Source: Octopus vulgaris (Eukaryota). From it: a stretch of DNA of 64,000 nt. Below the pieces are notes generated by a model, which was not told where the DNA came from, did no database searches, and saw only the letters and a list, made by a program, of their open reading frames with translations. Location of the stretch: the NCBI GenBank assembly GCA_951406725.2, contig OX597834.1, positions 34,844,001 through 34,908,000 on the forward strand. The letters run 5' to 3'. The stretch's first letter is position 1, and every line of letters begins with the position of its first letter. This document shows, piece by piece, positions 1 to 14,525 of this stretch. A program made the position numbers and the translations under genes.

Positions 1-385
1 TATTATTTACATTTTGTCAGGAGGTTCAAATAAAAAATTTCTTGTACGAAGTTATTTTTCATACAATATTCAATCAACCAAGGTTTAGAGGGCATTTTTC
101 ACTTTGTTGATAATATTGTGCACTACATATTATTTTAGTGGAGTTGGGAGGAGGTCATTGTATTGGGTTCTCCTCTCTTTGGATTGCTTTACAATGTTAT
201 ATATATATCCTCCCTTCCACACATATCATTGTATGTATATATATATATATATATAAACATACATATACATACACATATATGTATATACACATATCTATCT
301 ATATATATATACATACACATACATATACATATGTACAAATATATATATATATACACACACGTATATAAATATATACATGCACATA

Positions 386-427
<42 letters not shown>

Positions 428-886
428 TGTATATACATATACACATGCATGAATATACATTTATATATATATATATATATATATCTCCATGTATATTTGT
501 GTGTGTGGACAGACATACAAACATGGTTGTGTGGTTAAGAAGTTTGCTTCACAGCCATTGGGTTCCTGGTTCAATCCCACTGTGCCAGCACCTTGGACGA
601 GTGTTACAAGTAAAATTACAAAAAAACAGAAACTATACCGAAGCCTGTCATAAATACACATACAAGTCTGAGTCCATGTCCTGTGTTGGTGTTACATCCT
701 TTCATGTCCTACAACTTGGTGGTTTCACAAAGAGAGATTAATAAAAAGGAAGTACAATAAGCAATGGACTGAAATAAGTATCAGATCAGATATCATCAGC
801 TGAAATACCTGAAGGTGGTACCCCAGCAGGGTTGCAGTCCAATGACTGAAACCAGTATTAGAATGTGAATGTGTGTGTGTGCATGA

Positions 887-917
<31 letters not shown>

Positions 918-1128
918 CATACATATATATATATACATGTGTATGTATGTATGTGGATATTAAATGATAATAAATCATAATATATATATATATAATGATT
1001 ATTATTATTATTTAATGTCCACATACATACATACACATGTATATATATATATATATATCATCTTCATCATCATTTAATGTCTATATATATGTGTATGTAT
1101 ATATAATATATATATACACACACACGTA

Positions 1129-2583
1129 CACTAAACTGCAAAAAAAAAAAAAAACATATTTTCAAATGTCATTTTCATATGGTAAATTCTGAAAATTTAT
1201 TTTGGAGATGTAAGTGTAAAATATTCCAAGACATGCTGGTTTATGGGTGAGACCCAAATTGCAGGTAACCTTTCAAATTTCCCTGAAATGAGAGGCCAAA
1301 ACACAGCTGTGTTGAATGCCGTGGGTGGCAGTCACAAACAATTGTCATGGAAACTGAAATGCATGTGCATCTCATGGAGGTTATGGGTATAAAAACCAAC
1401 TTGAACTGCATTCCTGGCATTCATAATTTGGATGCATCAGGTATGATCTAATTGTCAGCAGCACAGAGAGAACAAGCTATTGGCCAACTGCAAGCAGGGC
1501 ATTGTGCCTTGGTTGTTGTGAAAGCTTACAATGTCCATGTCAGCACCATCTATCGCCTGCAACAGCGATACAACAGCACAAACTGCACTGCAGACCATGC
1601 CTGCATAGGGCGCCCTTAGGTGACTACGCCCAAGCAGGACTGCTTCATCCACCTGCAACACGTCTGTGATTGCTTCAGACCAGCCAGCATGACAGCTCGC
1701 AAGACCATTGACACTAGGCAGCGACCCATCAGCAATGACATGGTACGACGTTGAGTGGCTGCCAACAACCTGCGTTGCTGTTGTCCTGCTTGAGGGCTTG
1801 TCCTTACTACCGGCCACTATCAGCCATGACTACAGTGGGCTACACAGCACCAACATTGGCAGCATCAACAATGGAGTTTTAGAGTATTCCCTGCTGAGAG
1901 CCAGTACTGTATTGGAGAGCAGAGTGACAATGTGGCATAGGAGGGGTGAATGCTACAGAGACGCATGTGTCATGGAGAGAGATGCTTGGGGTGGCCATGG
2001 TTTGGGTGCTATAGGCCTGAATCTGAATTGGGCCTCATGTGTTTCAAAATGTTGGTGCAGGCAGAGGGAATTGCATCACAGCACAATGCTGTGTTGACCA
2101 GATCGTAAGACCTCGCATTGTGCCCTTCTTTGCTTGTCACCATAGCCACATGTTCCAGCAGGACAATGCTCCCTCCCACACAGCCAGGGTCACCATGGAC
2201 TTCCTGCATCAGCACAATGTCAGAACCATAACATGGCCAGCTCTCAGCCTGGATATGAACCCAACTGAACACCTGTGGGATGAAATCCAGAGACGGCTTT
2301 CCTCAGGGTGTGAGTACAGATGCCAATGGCTTTTGTGAACTGCCTCATGCACTCTATATACCAACGGTGTATGGCTGTTTTGAACACCCAGGGAGAGCAT
2401 ACACAGTATTGAATATGTCATGCCCTACAATCTTGATGTGAAGGATCTACCCCCTACCAGAACACATGACAACGACCCATAGACTGTGGTCAAAGTGCAT
2501 CCAAGAAATTGACTTTATCAGATTTATGAATTAGAATGTATTTCACAGTTACACACATCTTGTGTTTCTTATGCAATTCAGTG
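1129..2583 (+). mobile_element. Decayed Tc1-family DNA transposon (DD34E transposase pseudogene)
   Basis: TA then CACTAAACTGCA at the left end and TGCAATTCAGTG at the right end (imperfect TIRs). ORF 2039-2338 has FQQDNAPSH...WPALSLDMNPTEHLWD with exactly 34 residues between D and E. Remainder frameshifted. Confidence 0.88.
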
Positions 2584-2617
2584 TGTGTGTGTGTGTATAT
2601 ATATATATGTATGTATA

Positions 2618-2790
2618 GTGAGAATTTCCAAAAACACAAAAGATGAAGATGGGTGTGTAAACAACAAACATATGTATTGGTTTAATGCTTGGGAAGTGAG
2701 AAAGTCTTTAACGTTTTGAGCCTATGCTCTTTGACAGAAAGGAACACAGAAATAAACAGGGAGAGAAAATAGAAAAAGGTTTAGTGGCTA
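2618..2790 (-). mobile_element. Short repeat with a hammerhead-like variant core (PLE-derived?); second copy at ~30175-30330
   Basis: The two copies are similar. Minus strand CTTT-CTGT(C/A)(A/G)AA-GAGC(RTAG)GCTC-(G/A)AAAC; both sit next to (TA)/(TG) tracts. Confidence 0.5.
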
Positions 2791-3939
2791 CACACACACA
2801 CATATGCATGCATACATATACATGCATCTATACACACACACACACATGTATGAATGTTATTATTATCATAGTATGGTGAAAAGCTATCTCACTAAACTTA
2901 ACGAATGTGATTGTAAAAGTGTAAAAGTGCTGTGTATGTGTGCTAGTAATGACATGGGTTCGATCTTAGTTTATGATCTTTAACCTTTTTATGATTATAA
3001 TTTCCTTGAGACCATTAACCTTGTCTTTAGAAATGCAATTGTTTCAAAAACAAATATTTACATTTCTCATTGATCTTACATTGTTCTCTCATAGCATTAA
3101 TGAAAATACCAGAAACATTTCCATTTCTAAAAAATTAGGGTCTCTGGATTAAAATTATTATCTCATTAATGTGAAGGATTGTGACCTGATGGATACAGTG
3201 ATGAACTCACAACTCATGATTTCAATTCCCAGACCAGGTAGCAAAAACACTTCATTTCAGCCGAGAAATCTTGCAACATATTTGTATCATCTCATTCAGG
3301 AGGAAGTATTGTACACTTGATTGCTTACACCCACATGGAAACTGGGTGAAGCTTTGCTCTGAAATCACATTACGATCAGCTCATCTCAGACACTTAAAAA
3401 TCTAGTGTTAACCTTTAGCCATGGAGCCTATTCCAGTTCCAAATGTCTAAAAGACAAGCTTGGAATTATATTCAACTTCAGAAGGTTTTCCACTCAGGAG
3501 AAACCAATATTGCAAAAAAAAAATAATCTCAAAATGATGATGTTGTTGTTGCTATTATTATTATTATTATGTTATATTAATAAATATTTTTTAAAAATAT
3601 ATAATAGGATAAAAATATAACTTAAAGCAAAATATTTTAAAAGAAATGTTTAGATTTACTGAAAGGAAATTTGGAATTGCAGTAGATAAATTCTTGATTA
3701 AACTAAAGCTCAGCTGTTATTAAATATATAAATTAAGTAGAAATTAAACAATTTTGAATATTTTACATTAGAAAAAAACAATTTTGTTTTTAAAATCAAA
3801 CTTTTTCTAAAAGATGAAAAATAAATTTCATTTCTTAAATTTGAATTCTGAAACATTTTTAGCTTTACAAATAAATCAATAATTTCAATTTAATTGATAA
3901 TCAATTTTAATAATTCCACTATAAATTATATTATGTCAT

Positions 3940-4300
3940 GCAATAAGCACCATTCATGTGTGGGTCGTTGCCAGTGCCACTTGACATGTAAAAAGCACCA
4001 TCCGAACATGGTCGATGCCAGTCTCCCCACTCCGAATGGCTCCTGTGTCAGTAGCACATAAAAAGCACCACCTGAGTGTGGCTGATGCCAGTGCTGCTCG
4101 ACTGGCACCTGTGCCGGTGGCACATAAAAAGCACCCACTACACTCTTGGAGTGGTTGGCATTAGGAAGGGCATCCAGCTGTAGAAACACTGCCAGGTCAG
4201 ATAGGAGCCTGGTGTGGCCTCCTGGCTTGCTAGTCCCCAATCAAACTGTCCAACCCATGCCAGCATGCAAAACGGATGTTAAACGAAGATGATGATGATG
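3940..4300 (+). mobile_element. Retroposon family C (LINE-type 3' end with (GAT)n tail)
   Basis: GGCATTAGGAAGGGCATCCAGCTGTAGAAAC ... TCCAACCCATGCCAGCATG..AACGGATGTTAAACGA(TGA)n. Copies at ~10595-10750, 29740-29880 (-), 32030-32162, 41535-41677, 52470-52630, 54486-54740 (-), 60612-60845 (-) and 61092-61411. Confidence 0.75.
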
Positions 4301-4552
4301 AAGGTGTGTGTGTGTGTGTGTGCGCGCATGTGTGTATGTGTGTATACATATACACACATACATGTGTAGGTTCTTGAAGGCACTGATGATAGAAAGTAAA
4401 AACTGCGAAGTTCACATAATGTTGGTTGTTTGTTTGTGGGGGAGGGAATATTTAGATTTAAATATTTTCTGTTTTATAGGACAACAGCAACAGCAATGCT
4501 AACCGGCAGGAGAAGGTTATTGGGAGTTACATGACGGACAAAACACAATTAA

Positions 4553-4743
4553 CCCTTTAGCATATAGAACCAGCCACATCCGGCCCCAAATATTCTACCT
4601 GTCTTGCCTACCTTACAATTCTAAAAAAAATAGACAACCAAATCATTGAAATGATGAAGCTATGAGACAAGGCATGATTCATTCAAAACAGTGTGAATAA
4701 ACAAGAATCATATTTTGACAGAATGATCCGAGAACTGAAGGAT
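4553..4743 (+). mobile_element. piggyBac-type (TTAA) MITE, family 1
   Basis: TTAA-CCCTTTAGCAT ... TTAA; internal similarity to 19065-19285 (cacatccggcc..aaatattct, gcatgat..ttcaaaaca.tgtg.ataaa). Confidence 0.6.
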
Positions 4744-7591
4744 TTAATGAAGGCGAGCAGACATACAAACAGGAGCAACACACGAGAGTAGTAGTAGGAG
4801 ACTACCACCACCACCACCATTATTATTATTATTATTATTATTAATATTATTATTAGCCATTACTATGTGCAAGCTAATGAGGGAGCCTCTGTGTGGTCAC
4901 TCAATTTGTTAAAAATAACAGCTAAATCATGGCCCATCACGCTTTATGTGTTAAACTGTCATATTCTTTCTATTAGAGGCATGAAGCATGAAATGTTTTG
5001 GTGGGGGCTAGGCAATTACATTGACCCCCAGAGTTCAGCTGGTACCTACTTCATTGATCCTGGATGAAAGTCAACCACAGCAGGATTTGAACTCAGAGGA
5101 ACTGCCACTAAGCATCCAGCTTGCTGACAATTCTGCTGGCTTGCCTGTCATATCAATCAATATATATTCAGAATGTGCTACAAGTAACACATTCTGAAGT
5201 GAGTTTCTTTAACCAGACACAGCCACACCTGTGAGCAGTTATAAAAATTTATCAAGGGCTATAATTGCAGTTGTTGAACCAGAAGTCTAAGAGATGAGAT
5301 GAATATGAGAACTGGCAGCAGTTCTTGTGAAGAAAGATGGAGATTAGGTGAGAGTCAACTCCAGTATTTATCTCAAAACTCAATCTTGTCTTTCCTCATG
5401 TCCAGCTGGCTGATAACATGGAATTATTTATGGTCTTATATTCTATTCCAGAGATAAATTTAGAGTCCAGCTGCTGTATTGGACTTATGTGAGTAAGATT
5501 AACAGATAAAAGTTGGATTAACATAGATTGCAAACAGAATACAGAGAAACAAACTCACGTGTATGTGTGTATGTGTGTATACATATGTACAAATGTATAT
5601 GTGACTGTGCGATTTGCATGTATATTTTTATGTATCCGTATAAATATAATTTTCATATGTGTATATACATACATTATTTATATATATTTATGTATATCTT
5701 TACACACATGATACAAATAGAGACTGTGGAATATATTCCTATTTGCAAGGAAAGAACAAGAGTTCCAGAAACAAGGGGACACAATATTACAAATCATTTT
5801 TTAGGGAAAACATTCTACAAATGGACATGCTAAGGTGAGGGTGGAGATAGATCCAAGGAAATATATTTACTCTGCTAACAACAAACAATTCTTTGAAAAT
5901 TCCTTGACAGAAGATCATATATTTTGTTAGATAAAAAGTGATGGTATGGTATGGTGGTGTTGGTATTACAGATAAACATAACTTGATGCTCACGCATAAA
6001 CAGAAAGAAGGAGAGAGAGAGAGAGAGAGAAGTGAGGGGGAGAGAAAACGAAATATTAAAACATCTGATGCCAAATAAGTCAGCATCAAATCAGGGATGC
6101 CAAACAGGTGGTGTCAAACAGTACAAAAATAGCTGTGCCAAAATGTCTCATACTCAAGATATTCTACATGCCATTGTCAAACAAATAACAGAAGATGCAA
6201 AGGAAGCGGGGGGGGGGGGAGGCAGGAAGTGACTGATAATCAATATGATAACGAGGGGCTGTCGATGTTGTGATGAGCAACATATGCATATTCATGATAC
6301 AATACAGACAAGCATTCTTGTAATCAAAACAACCAATACCTTGTAGTCCCGGTAGAGGTAACACAAATACAATAAAGATGACACACATTTTGCAATATGG
6401 ACCAACTTACAGATTCCAGGATGCTGGTACCAACTTCTCCAAACTAAATCATTTTTTACTTTCACTTTCGCTTCTTGACAATTTACTTCTTCAGCTGTAT
6501 TTAAAAACCATTCCAGTTGCTCTCCCTCTGTCTTCACCTTGCAAATCATTTAAATAAAACAGTTTGCTTCTTTGTTGATGACACTCTTTGTGCATGTGTA
6601 TATGTATGTATGGATGGATATATATATAGTATAGCTATATAGCTATGTATGTATGGATATGAATATATACATTTATATATACACACACACACACACAAAT
6701 ATATTTAGATAATTATAATAATATATAAATATACATATATGTGTGTGTGCGTGTGTGTGTGCATTCTGAGTTCAAATTGCCACCTCATCTCACGGAGGAA
6801 AAACTGATGCTTGTGGGACCTGGTAGCTACAGTGACATGCTTGGGTAGTTCTTCAACAAGTCTGCAACTGCTTCTGTCAATCATTACTGTTTCCTTGCCA
6901 CACTACAAACTGGCAGGATAGAACCACAAGGGAACTGCAAAGCCAGAGTACACAAAGAACAAAAAGAGACTATACATGTGTGTGCGTGCGTGTGTGTGCT
7001 TGTGGATATGTGTGGCTGTGGGAAGTGATGTATAAATGCTATTCGGTGATGCTATGATCCTTCTGATTTGATTTCTTTTTGCAAAATGTTGCTTATATAT
7101 ATTTGAGAAGACATATTTTGCCAACACAAAATATTGCAACTCCATTATTGACACTGAAGCCATCTACTTCCAGCACTAGCACTTCCAAATATATATGTGG
7201 CATGCCTCTATATGCATGTGTATGAGTGTGTGCATATAAATATATACACAGACACACACACACACGTGTATATATATCTGTTTATACATTTATATATATA
7301 TATATATATATATATTTATACACATACACAAACACACACACATATATATATATGTATACATACATACAAAAAAACTATGTGGAGTCTTTGGCAATACAAA
7401 GGGCATCTGGCCATAGCAACCCAGCCTAAATTGGAATGTATAAGGACGGGGAGAATTAATTGTCAATAAGAAATTATTCTTGTTATGATGCCCATCCAAC
7501 CCTTAACATATAATACACACACACATATATATATCTATCTTTATATATATATGTATAAATATATAAATATATGTGTGTGTGTATAAATATA

Positions 7592-7662
<71 letters not shown>

Positions 7663-8052
7663 CAAAATGTATATAAGCGTGTGTATGTGTATTTAAATTA
7701 TATAAATGTTTGAAAAAAAACTTTGAGAAAAGCAAGTGAGAAATTAGAGAGAATATGTAAGGGAACGTAAATAAATGTAAAAGAAAAAGAAAAGATATTC
7801 TACTTGCTTACATAAGTTCTTAAACAATCCTACAATATTTTGGGAAAGATTCCCTTTTTCAAACAGGAGAAAAAAACTAAAAAAATTTTTTTCTTCTACT
7901 TTGCTCAAAGATTTTTTTTCAAACATTTACACATTGCACAGCCACTGCAATGCTTTAAGCAAATTACAATACTCGTTTTTACACACACACACACACACAC
8001 ATAGTAGTGTATGTCTAAGTGTATGTGCACATATACATGTGCATATATCTAC

Positions 8053-8099
<47 letters not shown>

Positions 8100-8849
8100 A
8101 CATACACACACACTGTATATATCTATAAAAATGTATGTATATATATGTATATATATCTATAAAAATGTATGTATATATATGTATATATATATATATATAT
8201 ATATAAATGTATGTGTGTATATATATATATATATAAATGTATGTGTGTGTATATATATATATATATATACACATACATACATACATACATTTATATATAT
8301 ATAAATGTATATACACACACACAGAGGTTAAGTTTCTGCTTTGTACTGCATAGTTTTCTATTTCCATTCCACTTTTTTTTTTCACACAGACTTATTGAAA
8401 GCTTGAACAAATGTATTTGAATTTTTCGTTGAGCACTTTTCTGATAAATGTCTTCTTTCTGTCTTTTTCAATGAGTTACAGTGAGACAAATGAATGCATG
8501 GCTATCATACATGTGTGTCCAAATATTTATATATATATACATACACATACATCTATATATTAGGTATATCTCTTGTATACATACGTATATTCTATGTGTA
8601 TGTATACATACATGTGTGTGTATATCTATAGATATATATATACACACACACACACACATAAAATGCATATATCATAAGCTCAACGCATACATATGCATCT
8701 ACATATAGTATTTTGTATGTCTTATATGTACATACTGTACTATGTATAGGTTGCTATATATATTATGGTGTTGTATGTTTCATATATAAAAATATACGTC
8801 ATGTGATTAAATATACAAACATATACATACATAGATATATGTATGCCTA

Positions 8850-8900
<51 letters not shown>

Positions 8901-9332
8901 TCACACATGTACATACAGGAAAAGGAAATTATATTTAAAAAAAAACAGAACAAAATAAAACTAAATAAACTAAAGCAAAAAGAACAAAGCAAATGTAGAA
9001 CCGAATCTTGTAGTTATTCCTTGTTTTATATTCTTCCTCTCTCTCGTTATCCCTCTCTCTCTTTGTTTTAAATACTAATGTTTATGAAAGTGGTTCTATG
9101 TTGAAACTGTAATGGCGAAATATGGTACGGATGAAGCATAAATATCAAACAATATCTATACACATGTGTATGCATGTATACACACATACATACATACATA
9201 CACATATAATACATATCATATTTGATGCATAATATAAACCTATAATATATATTTTATATATATTGTATAATTTATATATATAAACAATGATATATACTAT
9301 ACATATATATATATACATAAAGCATACATATA

Positions 9333-9363
<31 letters not shown>

Positions 9364-9364
9364 C

Positions 9365-9562
9365 ATATATGTGACAATTAGTTGGTTGTCATAATAAAAC
9401 TCAGAGTTTCGGATGACAGGGCTGAAGTCTGCTCCAGTATCTCATCAGTTCTTAAGACAAACAGGTTTATCTTAATAACTGATGAGATACTGGAGCAGAC
9501 TTCAGCCCTGGCATCCGAAACTCTGAGTTTTATTATGACAACCAACTAATTGTCACATATAT
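9365..9562. repeat. Near-perfect ~200-bp palindrome
   Basis: Arms atatatgtgacaattagttggttgtc...ttaagacaaac and gtttatcttaa...gacaaccaactaattgtcacatatat; about 3 mismatches and a ~2-nt loop. Confidence 0.95.
9473..9535 (+). ncRNA. Minimal type-I hammerhead ribozyme (Penelope-like-element type); mirror copy on the minus strand in the left palindrome arm
   Basis: TAATAA-CTGATGA(9479-85)-imperfect stem II-GAAA(9517-20)-CTCTGAGT-T-TTATTA: 6-bp stem I, near-palindromic stem III ACTC/GAGT, GUU cleavage triplet. Confidence 0.6.
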
Positions 9563-9633
9563 TATATTTATAGATAAATTCCTCCATTTTACATAATATC
9601 GTCTCATTCATTTTTTTGTTGTCATTTTTATTA

Positions 9634-9683
<50 letters not shown>

Positions 9684-10749
9684 TAAATGATGTAGCGTGA
9701 AACAATCGTACCAAATTACCGAAGATATTCTTGTTGCTTATTTTGATTATAATCACCCCATGGATTTATATGGATAACACCTTACAAAATTCTGGTGCAT
9801 CTGACTTAAGTACCATATTCATTTGAATCTCTCTCTCTATATATATATATATGTATATATACATATATGTACAAACATATGTATGCATATACACGTTTAG
9901 TGTTAACTGTTGAAAACCATAGTACTCAATACAGTGATAGAGATTAATATATGTTATTTTCATTGAATCAGTCCCTTGTTACTCTGTTGCAACTTGCCTG
10001 AAGGTGCTGTGCACCCACAGGCAAAACATGAAGCAGCAAGGGACAAACCCAACCAAAATAAAATGTATTTTCTATATACATGCAAACACACAAACATGTA
10101 TATAAATGTATGTGTGTGTGTGTGTGTGTGTGTACATAGCTAATACCTGAGTACATTGAGTACAAAATTATGTGCCTTTTTCTGAGTGTTCAGTAATCCT
10201 AGGAACCTGTATTTCTGGTAGTCGATAGATCGATTCATGGTGTTGAAGGTGCACTCGGATGATCCCTAGTCGACGTAGTGTAATCAGTGTGAAGGACCTT
10301 TGTATATGATGGTTAGTCTGTTAAATATTGTAGGGTGTCATATGTCCATTTGTAAGATAACCCTTAACTTATAGAGTGTAGTATATTTACTAAAAACAAA
10401 CAAATTGTTTACAAACTTAAGTTTCTTATTGCAAGTTATTATTGTGAAGACTGGCAAGAAAAACATGAATTTAATTAAACAATTTAATCAGTTATAATTA
10501 ATATATTCAACCCCACTGTATTGTAACCTTGAATTGTGTTCATATGTATATATATATAAAATGAGACTAGGAAAGTCTAGAAATATTGATGATGGATGGC
10601 GTTAGGAAGGGCATCCAGCTGTAGAAACTCTGCCAGATCAAGATTGGAGCCTGGTGCAGCCATCTGGTTTGCCAATCCTTAGACAAATCGTCCAACCCAT
10701 GCTAGCATGGAAAGCGGATGTTAAACGATGATGATGATGATGATGATGA

Positions 10750-11395
10750 TATATATATATATACATGTTTACATATATATATATATACATACATATATAC
10801 ATGTATACATACATACATATATACATGTATACATACATACATATATACATGTATACATATATATATATATATACACATACATATATACATACATATATAT
10901 ATACACATACATATATATACATGTATACATACATATATATATACACATACATATATACATGTATACATACATATATACATGTATACATACATATATATAC
11001 ATACATATATACATGTACATATATATACATATGTATATATATACATATATACATATATATACATATATATATGTACATATATATACACATGTATATATAT
11101 ACATATATATATATATGTACATATATATACACATGTATATATATACATATATATATATATGTACATATATATATATATGTACATATATATATATATGTAC
11201 ATATATATACACATGTATATATATACATATATGCATATATATATATATATACACACATGTATATATATACATATATGCATATATATATATATATATATAT
11301 ACACATGTATATATATACATATACATATATGCATATACATTTATATACATGTGTGTATGTGTGTGTGTATATATATATACATATATACACACACA
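10750..11395. repeat. Compound (TA)/(CA)/ACATGT microsatellite tract
   Basis: About 640 nt of alternating purine-pyrimidine repeats; source of the spurious 200+ aa ORFs in all six frames. Confidence 0.95.
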
Positions 11396-12136
11396 CCATT
11401 CTCCCTAGCGATTTATCAATAGAAATATAAAAAGTTTATATTTATTGGAAAACTGATTCGTTTATCATTCCTCAGAATTTCACACACACCAAACATTGTT
11501 ACATGCATGCGATCCTCCAGACAGTTCTGTGGATAAATGCGACAAAATGGTCGAAGGGGTTATGTCCATGGGGATGGGGTGAGGCGCATTTACGTAGTCG
11601 GTTTTTACTGGTTCAGTCCGGTCACATAGCGTACTGGCGAATTATGAAGGGAGGTAACTCTGTCAACCGTTACTGCTGTTGTCAAGGGAAATCACTCCAA
11701 GAAGTTGGTCAGGATTGGCTGAAGTTGATGATTATGAAGTGTTTGCAATTGTCAGTGGTGGCAATTAGACAATGATTCTGGTTTATAATAAGAAATGTCA
11801 TACGTTGCCTGAGGATCTGAAACTTTGCAGTTTAGCAAACATACAGTTCCAGAAACTGTTAGAGTTTGTGGTGGCGGCACAACAATATTCCATGTAATTA
11901 GAAGATGCACCAATATTTAATCTCTGAATTTCCGGATGTATTGTGACATGGAATTTTCCCTGCTGATGTTTGACTTCAATTAATTGAAATATTAAAGGAA
12001 GAGTTTTGTGAAGCGATTCACCGTTCAACCAATATGTTTCCTTTCAATACTTCTGAGATTTTTTTTTAAAGTTTCAGCTCAGAGCTGCGGCCATACTAAT
12101 GCACTGCCGTTTGATTACTTAATATATGATTACTTA

Positions 12137-12169
<33 letters not shown>

Positions 12170-12192
12170 TAAATATATACATATATACATTT

Positions 12193-12231
<39 letters not shown>

Positions 12232-12374
12232 AATATGTACATATATATATACATCCAAATACATCCAGGTTGAGTACAGATCAGAGACTTTCCTACCCAC
12301 TCCAGCCGGTTATGACCAGTGGGTGACTGGAATTCATATGAATCTAAATGGTAATCTCATTTAGCTTTCTGTAG

Positions 12375-12490
12375 GAGTAATGTCTTTAAGTGTAAAGTCT
12401 AAGGAATTGGCAGTCATTTAGTCAGTGATAATGGCTATGTTTAAGCCCAACTCCTTAAATATTTTTATTAAATCCCTTCTAAATGTAGCC
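12375..12490 (-). mobile_element. Penelope-like element reverse transcriptase fragment
   Basis: Minus strand translates as FRRDLIKIFKELGLNIAIITD*MTANSLDFTLK, resembling the PLE RT segment 'IKIFK..GL.ITIE.N...VNFLDVTL'. Confidence 0.55.
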
Positions 12491-12957
12491 ATTCATACTG
12501 TATGAGATTGCTAAGCCAAAACAGAGCTATGAACAGTAGACTAACTTTATCAGGGTAAATAATTACACGAGAATTCTCACTTCAGTGCAGTCATAACTTC
12601 CTAAGGAGAGACCAAACAGTCTCTTTTCTTGTTGACCAAGTAGAAATCAGCAGAGCATAAAAACCACTTTCTAGGGCTCATTGTGATCCTTACATCCAGG
12701 TCAGTTAATTGTGGTGAATCTCTTACCAATATTCAGGGCTTTCAAGAGGATGAACGCTTAGATATGGAAGGGGAGAAATCCACAATATTACATTGTGTGA
12801 AACTGGAGGATACTTGGTGTACCATGCTGTGAAACCATTTAATAATGGCAACACTTCAGGTCTTCTGTAGGAGTCTCATTGTCCACAAACCATTTGCAGG
12901 ATCATAAGATTATATCTCTTGTGCGTTTGTGTAACAATATAGCAAATAATCAACCAT

Positions 12958-12991
<34 letters not shown>

Positions 12992-13282
12992 GAAAACATT
13001 TGCTAATTCCATATATATACATATATACACATGTACGTATAAAAAGGAGTTGACGATTCATTCATGCATTACCCAACATGTATGTGTGTGTGAATGTGTA
13101 TATACATACATATATAAACTCATGAACACACGTATGTTTATGTGCACAGATGAAAGAGCCCGCAATACATTATGTTGAATTTTATGTCCATAAATAAACA
13201 ATTGGTGATTGTAAATGATCGCACACCTGTGAGGAATGCTGAGTAATGCAGAAATGAATCACCAATTTTTGCTTATCTATCT

Positions 13283-13346
<64 letters not shown>

Positions 13347-13594
13347 TTATTTATATAGGTACATATAATGGCATATTATTTAAATATATATATATATGCA
13401 TATATAAATACATGGACACGATATATATATATACATATATATATATGTGTGTGTGTGTGTGTTATGTATGTATGTATGTATGTATATATATATATTTATT
13501 TATATAGGCACATATAATGGTATATTATTTAAATATATATATGCATATATAAATACATGGACACAATATATATATACATTATGTCTATTTCTTC

Positions 13595-13642
<48 letters not shown>

Positions 13643-14494
13643 GTATGTATATATATGTATGTGTATATGTAGTGCTTAATTCCTTCAATTCTTGTCAGGT
13701 TATTAACTTATTTCTATTTTGCATGTTTCCATGTCTCCTTGCTTTTCTTGTCTCCAACAAATCTTTGAAAGTTTCCACAATGTTAGAAAACAATCCCACT
13801 ACTTCGATCTGATTCATTTGCCCCGACTGGACCAGTCCAGTTCAGTCCAGTCCAGTCCAGCCTAGCCCAGCCCAGCTCAGCTTAGCTCCACTCTGCTTAG
13901 TGCTACTTGCTCCAACTCAACTCAACTGCCCCTCTTAAGCTCCTCGGCTAACCTCAACTCTTGTAGTATTTACTATCATACATTGATTTATCACCAGGAT
14001 CAAGATGTTAAATGTAATTCAACAAAGTAAAAAAAAAAAAAAAAAAAAATCAAAATGAAAAAAAGAGAAATTTAACAAAACAACAAAAAGAGAACAAGTA
14101 AAAACAAAAAATAAAATAAAACAACTTTTCTAGACAAATATAAAATGAAGAAAAAAAATGTAAAAAAAAAGATCATAAATTGATCAGTTAATTGTTTTTT
14201 TGTTTTTTGTTTGAAAATTGTTTGTTTTGTTTTTGGACTATAAATAAATTTGAAAGTTTGTTTTTATTTATTTGTTTGTCTGTCAGTCTGTCTGTTTGTC
14301 TTTTTGTGAAATCTACCTTTGTAGCTTTTTAAATTTTATTTTTTTGAAAACAGATTTGCGGCTCTTGAAAGTGGTGGTGGTGGTGGTGGTGTTGGCAATG
14401 ATGGTAGTGGTGGTGATGGTGGGAGGAAGTATATTGCTAATGGCTAGATCCTCTCCCAAACACCTCACACTTTTATATGTGTGTATGTATGCAC

Positions 14495-14525
<31 letters not shown>

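Noticed and set aside
10638-11430. Six overlapping ORFs of 207-253 aa (and similar YI/HT/CV-rich ORFs throughout the window)
   Set aside because: Stop-free frames produced by (TA)n/(CA)n microsatellites; no protein motifs.
11798-12028. NGESLHKTL...YCCAATTNS, faintly like an LTR-retrotransposon integrase
   Set aside because: Similarity too weak to call without a profile search.
13343-13579. ~90-bp direct duplication spaced ~149 bp apart
   Set aside because: Real, but lies within TA/TG microsatellites; ordinary slippage or an assembly artefact explains it.
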